A stretch of DNA of 38,662 nucleotides from Alphaproteobacteria bacterium HGW-Alphaproteobacteria-13 (GTDB taxonomy: Bacteria > Pseudomonadota > Alphaproteobacteria > Sphingomonadales > Sphingomonadaceae). The stretch's first letter is position 1; each line of letters starts with the position of its first letter. The notes under the pieces were generated by a model, which had not been told where the DNA came from, did not search any database, and was given only the letters and a program-made list of their open reading frames with translations. Location: NCBI GenBank assembly GCA_002842935.1, contig PHEM01000001.1, positions 1-38,662 on the forward strand, in the 5' to 3' direction. Position numbers and translations under genes: made by a program. Of this stretch, positions 35,829 to 38,662 are shown piece by piece.

Positions 35829-36650
35829 ATGACGCATATCTTCGCTTCGGCGGCCGCCAGCGTGCTCCGGCGCGCGGGCGTTCCAACGCGATCCGGCTCG
35901 AGGCACAAGACCGGCGCCGCCGTGCTTCGTGGCAGTCTCGAGGAGGGAACCTTCGAGCATCGCTTCTGGCGCACCTATCAAAAGGGGGAGACAGATCGGT
36001 TACATCAAGCAGCGGTCGACCTGGCGCGGATACGCCGTCACGAGCTCCGCGCCGATCGCCGGCAGGCACAGACTTCAGCCATAGGCTCGGCACCGCCATT
36101 GATGTTGCCACCGCGACTGTCGCAATCCGCGACGGCCATCTTCAAACTGCTCTGCGAGCTCGGCCGTCTATGCAAAGGCGAGATCTACCCAACCTATGAT
36201 TGGTTCATCGAAAAAACCGGTTTCGCTCGAGCGACGGTCGCGCGCGCGATCGCGCAGCTGAAGGACGCCGGCTTCCTGCTCATCCAGCGCAGATGCAAAC
36301 GCGTCGAGCGCGACGGGCCCGGGCCTCGCTTCGAACAGACCTCCAATGCCTACCGCCTGGAATGGCCCACTGGACTGGATCGCTGGTTGAATGGCCAGCG
36401 CGTGCCCTGCCCGCTTCCCGACGACGAGGTGGTCCGCCTGCAGGCCCAAGAAGACGATCATCGCAGGATGCAGCAACGTCGGATCCAGAACAAATCGTCC
36501 GAAGAATTCGCCCTCATCGCCACTCTCGCTCGCATGGCTCGCACGATCGAGGAGCGCGAGTCTCAAAAAGATACTCAACCGCTCCAATCTGAGTCAGATT
36601 CTCTTATGTCCAAAGGGAATTGGCCTGGTCGGCCAATAAATTCGACATAA
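35829..36650 (+). CDS. HTH-type plasmid replication initiator-like protein
   Basis: IYPTYDW…TG.ARATVARA..QLKDAGFL…RR…QTSNAY, resembling sphingomonad HTH Rep proteins. Confidence 0.7.
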   Translation: MTHIFASAAASVLRRAGVPTRSGSRHKTGAAVLRGSLEEGTFEHRFWRTYQKGETDRLHQAAVDLARIRRHELRADRRQAQTSAIGSAPPLMLPPRLSQSATAIFKLLCELGRLCKGEIYPTYDWFIEKTGFARATVARAIAQLKDAGFLLIQRRCKRVERDGPGPRFEQTSNAYRLEWPTGLDRWLNGQRVPCPLPDDEVVRLQAQEDDHRRMQQRRIQNKSSEEFALIATLARMARTIEERESQKDTQPLQSESDSLMSKGNWPGRPINST

Positions 36651-36905
36651 AGGGGCAGACCTCCCCTCACGAAAAGCGCAATAAGAAACTCCAAAGCGCC
36701 GGCCTTCACGGTCGGGACCGCCGGCTGTGCCGGCGGATGCTCCCCAATGGGAGCAGGCAATTTCCGGCGGTCTTCGCCACTATGATGCCCTGTCCCAAAT
36801 CCGCTGCACTGTTCCTCATCTATGATCGAGCGGCTGAATCACTGTGCCGAGATCGATTCAGAAAATTCGTGCGACGCAGCGGCGTGCTCGAACTAAACCA
36901 TCCGG

Positions 36906-37184
36906 ATGAAAACCGGCACGCCTTTCGATGAAATCGACATCGAGCTGATCGCGCGCAATCCCGCGCGCAACATCCATCGCCGCTACAGCATTCTCGCGAG
37001 CATTGACCTTTTCGGTTCCATCATCGTCGAGACCCGTTGGGGACGGATCGGAGCTGCAGGTCAGCACAAAATCCGCTCATTCCCGCACGGCGCCGAAGCC
37101 GATCGCTATGTCCGTTCTGTGCTTGCGCGACGGAACAGCGCCGAAAGCCGCTTGGGAACATCCTATCGGATCCAGTCCCAATAG
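36906..37184 (+). CDS. WGR domain protein
   Basis: NPARNIHRRY, DLFG, RWGRIG..G. Confidence 0.88.
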   Translation: MKTGTPFDEIDIELIARNPARNIHRRYSILASIDLFGSIIVETRWGRIGAAGQHKIRSFPHGAEADRYVRSVLARRNSAESRLGTSYRIQSQ

Positions 37185-37291
37185 GACGCGCGCCAACGCG
37201 GGGCTCGACAGAAAGAGTCATTCCTTTTCAATCCCGAACGGCACATCGTCCTGCCCGCCCAAACGGCCCGTCGAATCCGCATTGCGCTAAT

Positions 37292-37306
37292 GTTCTTCTT
37301 ATGTTC
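37292..37306 (+). promoter_or_regulatory. Alphaproteobacterial LexA box GTTC-N7-GTTC
   Basis: GTTC TTCTTAT GTTC immediately upstream of the operon carrying the SRAP genes. Confidence 0.8.
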
Positions 37307-37316
37307 CCATATGGGA

Positions 37317-37511
37317 ATGAACCGACTCGACAAGAATGCGATTGCTGACGCTCTGCTAGCCGCTCCAGGGTGGGCTAAACTAGGCCTTACCGAACCTCGC
37401 GAACATCTTCGGATCGATGCCGCGATGGAAATCGCCGGCGCGATCGTCGATCAATTATCGCCGCCCGTCTCGCCCCCGATCGCCGGCGAGCAGCAGGCGC
37501 TGGCGCTGTGA
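37317..37511 (+). CDS. Small hypothetical protein (first gene of the SOS cassette)
   Basis: LLAAPGWAKLGLT; directly downstream of the LexA box; start 37311 or 37317. Confidence 0.7.
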   Translation: MNRLDKNAIADALLAAPGWAKLGLTEPREHLRIDAAMEIAGAIVDQLSPPVSPPIAGEQQALAL

Positions 37512-37512
37512 C

Positions 37513-37839
37513 GTGCAGAACACCAAGGACGGGCTGCGCCGCGCGACGCACATATTCGAAGCCGCCGTCTGGCACTATGCTGTGCTGGTCACATGCCGGT
37601 GCGGGCACAGCGCGAAATTTCACGCGGCGAGCCTCTGGTGGCGGTTCGAGCGCAAGGGTTGGAACGATAGTTTCCGCGACGCGACGCGCCATTTCTGGTG
37701 CAGGCAATGCGCAGCGCGTATCGGCCGCCGCGTTCAGCCACTGCGCCTCGAGACCGTGGCATGGGAAAAAGGGGTCATCGAGCTGGAAATGCCCGACGAG
37801 CGCGAATGGAAACGCGCGATGCGGCGCTTCAGAACATAG
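37513..37839 (+). CDS. Hypothetical Zn-finger protein (CxC…CxxC)
   Basis: GTG start 1 nt after the upstream stop; VTCRCGH…FWCRQC. Confidence 0.7.
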   Translation: MQNTKDGLRRATHIFEAAVWHYAVLVTCRCGHSAKFHAASLWWRFERKGWNDSFRDATRHFWCRQCAARIGRRVQPLRLETVAWEKGVIELEMPDEREWKRAMRRFRT

Positions 37840-37850
37840 GAGAGTGACCG

Positions 37851-38366
37851 ATGGACATTGAATTCGACGACACCCTTCAGGGGCTAGGCCGCGGTGGTCA
37901 TCGCATCATGATATGGGATGGCCATGAAGAACAACAGATCGAGGCCCATTGGGGTCTCCGCTCGCGCGACCCCGAGATCGGCCAGATTCCGCTCCTCAAA
38001 TCAGAGACCGCCCGGATCGAAAGCCCCTGCCTCATCCTGGCGAATGAATTCGGCATAAAGCGCGACGGCAAGACACTCTATGCCGCGAGCCTTGTCACCG
38101 ACATTCCCTTCTTCTGCATCGCCGGCGTCTGGCAGCGCGGCACGCGCGATTATCCCGATGCGTTCGCGGCGCTGACCGTGCCGGCATACCCCGACCTTGC
38201 CGAGCACAAAGATCGCCATGTCGCAGTGGTCGATCCTGACAACTGGTTTGACTGGCTCCAGCAGCTGCGCCCACCGCTGGACATCTTGCGCCCCTTCCCC
38301 GAAGATAGCTTCACGATCATGCCGCCGATCCAGCCCACTCTTAAAGGACTGCTCGGCGCCGCCTGA
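37851..38366 (+). CDS. SRAP-like protein lacking the N-terminal catalytic Cys
   Basis: SD AGGAG; HWGL, PCLILANEF, FCIAGVW, FAALT, HKDRH…WFDWL. Confidence 0.75.
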   Translation: MDIEFDDTLQGLGRGGHRIMIWDGHEEQQIEAHWGLRSRDPEIGQIPLLKSETARIESPCLILANEFGIKRDGKTLYAASLVTDIPFFCIAGVWQRGTRDYPDAFAALTVPAYPDLAEHKDRHVAVVDPDNWFDWLQQLRPPLDILRPFPEDSFTIMPPIQPTLKGLLGAA

Positions 38367-38383
38367 GAAGCGGAGAGCCATCA

Positions 38384-38563
38384 ATGTGCAATCAGATCAC
38401 GCTCAAGGCTTCGGTCGGCGAGGTTGCCTCTCACTTCAAGGCGCGGCGCCCGAAACCGACAAATGCCAGCACCGGCGACATGTGGAAGGGTGGCACCGGC
38501 TTCATCGTTCGTGAGAACGCCGGCGAACGCGTGATGGACGCGATGACGTGGGGCTTCCCCAAA
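38384..38563 (+). pseudogene. SRAP (HMCES/YedK) family gene truncated by IS6100
   Basis: MCN start and MTWGFP motif; homology stops at the IS inverted repeat at 38564. Confidence 0.8.
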
Positions 38564-38662
38564 GGCTCTGTTGCAAAAATCGTGAAGCTTGAGCATGCTT
38601 GGCGGAGATTGGACGGACGGAACGATGACGGATTTCAAGTGGCGCCATTTCCAGGGTGATGT
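38564..38662 (+). mobile_element. IS6100 (IS6 family), left end; continues beyond the window
   Basis: Terminal IR GGCTCTGTTGCAAA followed by the IS6100 leader and transposase start. Confidence 0.95.
38625..38662 (+). CDS. tnpA: IS6100 transposase, N-terminal fragment (MTDFKWRHFQGD…)
   Basis: Characteristic IS6-family N-terminus. Confidence 0.92.
   Translation, partial: MTDFKWRHFQGD

Noticed and set aside
36810-36830. Possible LexA box upstream of the WGR gene (GTTCCTCATCTATGATC)
   Set aside because: The second half-site and spacing do not fit GTTC-N7-GTTC.
38564-38659. C-terminal part of the 91-aa ORF 38384-38659
   Set aside because: Read-through into the IS6100 end, not genuine SRAP sequence.

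Overview
GC-rich segment of a conjugative plasmid, most likely from a sphingomonad alphaproteobacterium (inferred from gene style, a GTTC-N7-GTTC LexA box and IS6100). From left to right: (1) a putative leading region and oriT (1-1760) rich in repeated hairpins; (2) a MOB_F DNA-transfer operon with an RHH accessory protein, TraD coupling protein, a small Cys/His protein, an apparently catalytically dead relaxase-domain paralogue, TrwC/TraI relaxase-helicase, a thermonuclease and others; (3) a small accessory block with a probable type I toxin-antitoxin locus not in the ORF track, an SprT/Mpr-like metalloprotease and a candidate entry-exclusion gene; (4) an F-type T4SS operon on the minus strand (traA-L-E-K-B-dsbC-V-C-trbI-trhF-W-U-trbC-N-F-H-G), with an unusual Cys-repeat TraN and a TraG carrying a C-terminal M15-like peptidase motif; (5) divergent regulator, lytic transglycosylase and HTH Rep-like genes; (6) a LexA-box-preceded cassette with two SRAP-like genes, the second interrupted by IS6100, which runs off the window end. 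All calls come from motif recognition by eye. No database searches were run.
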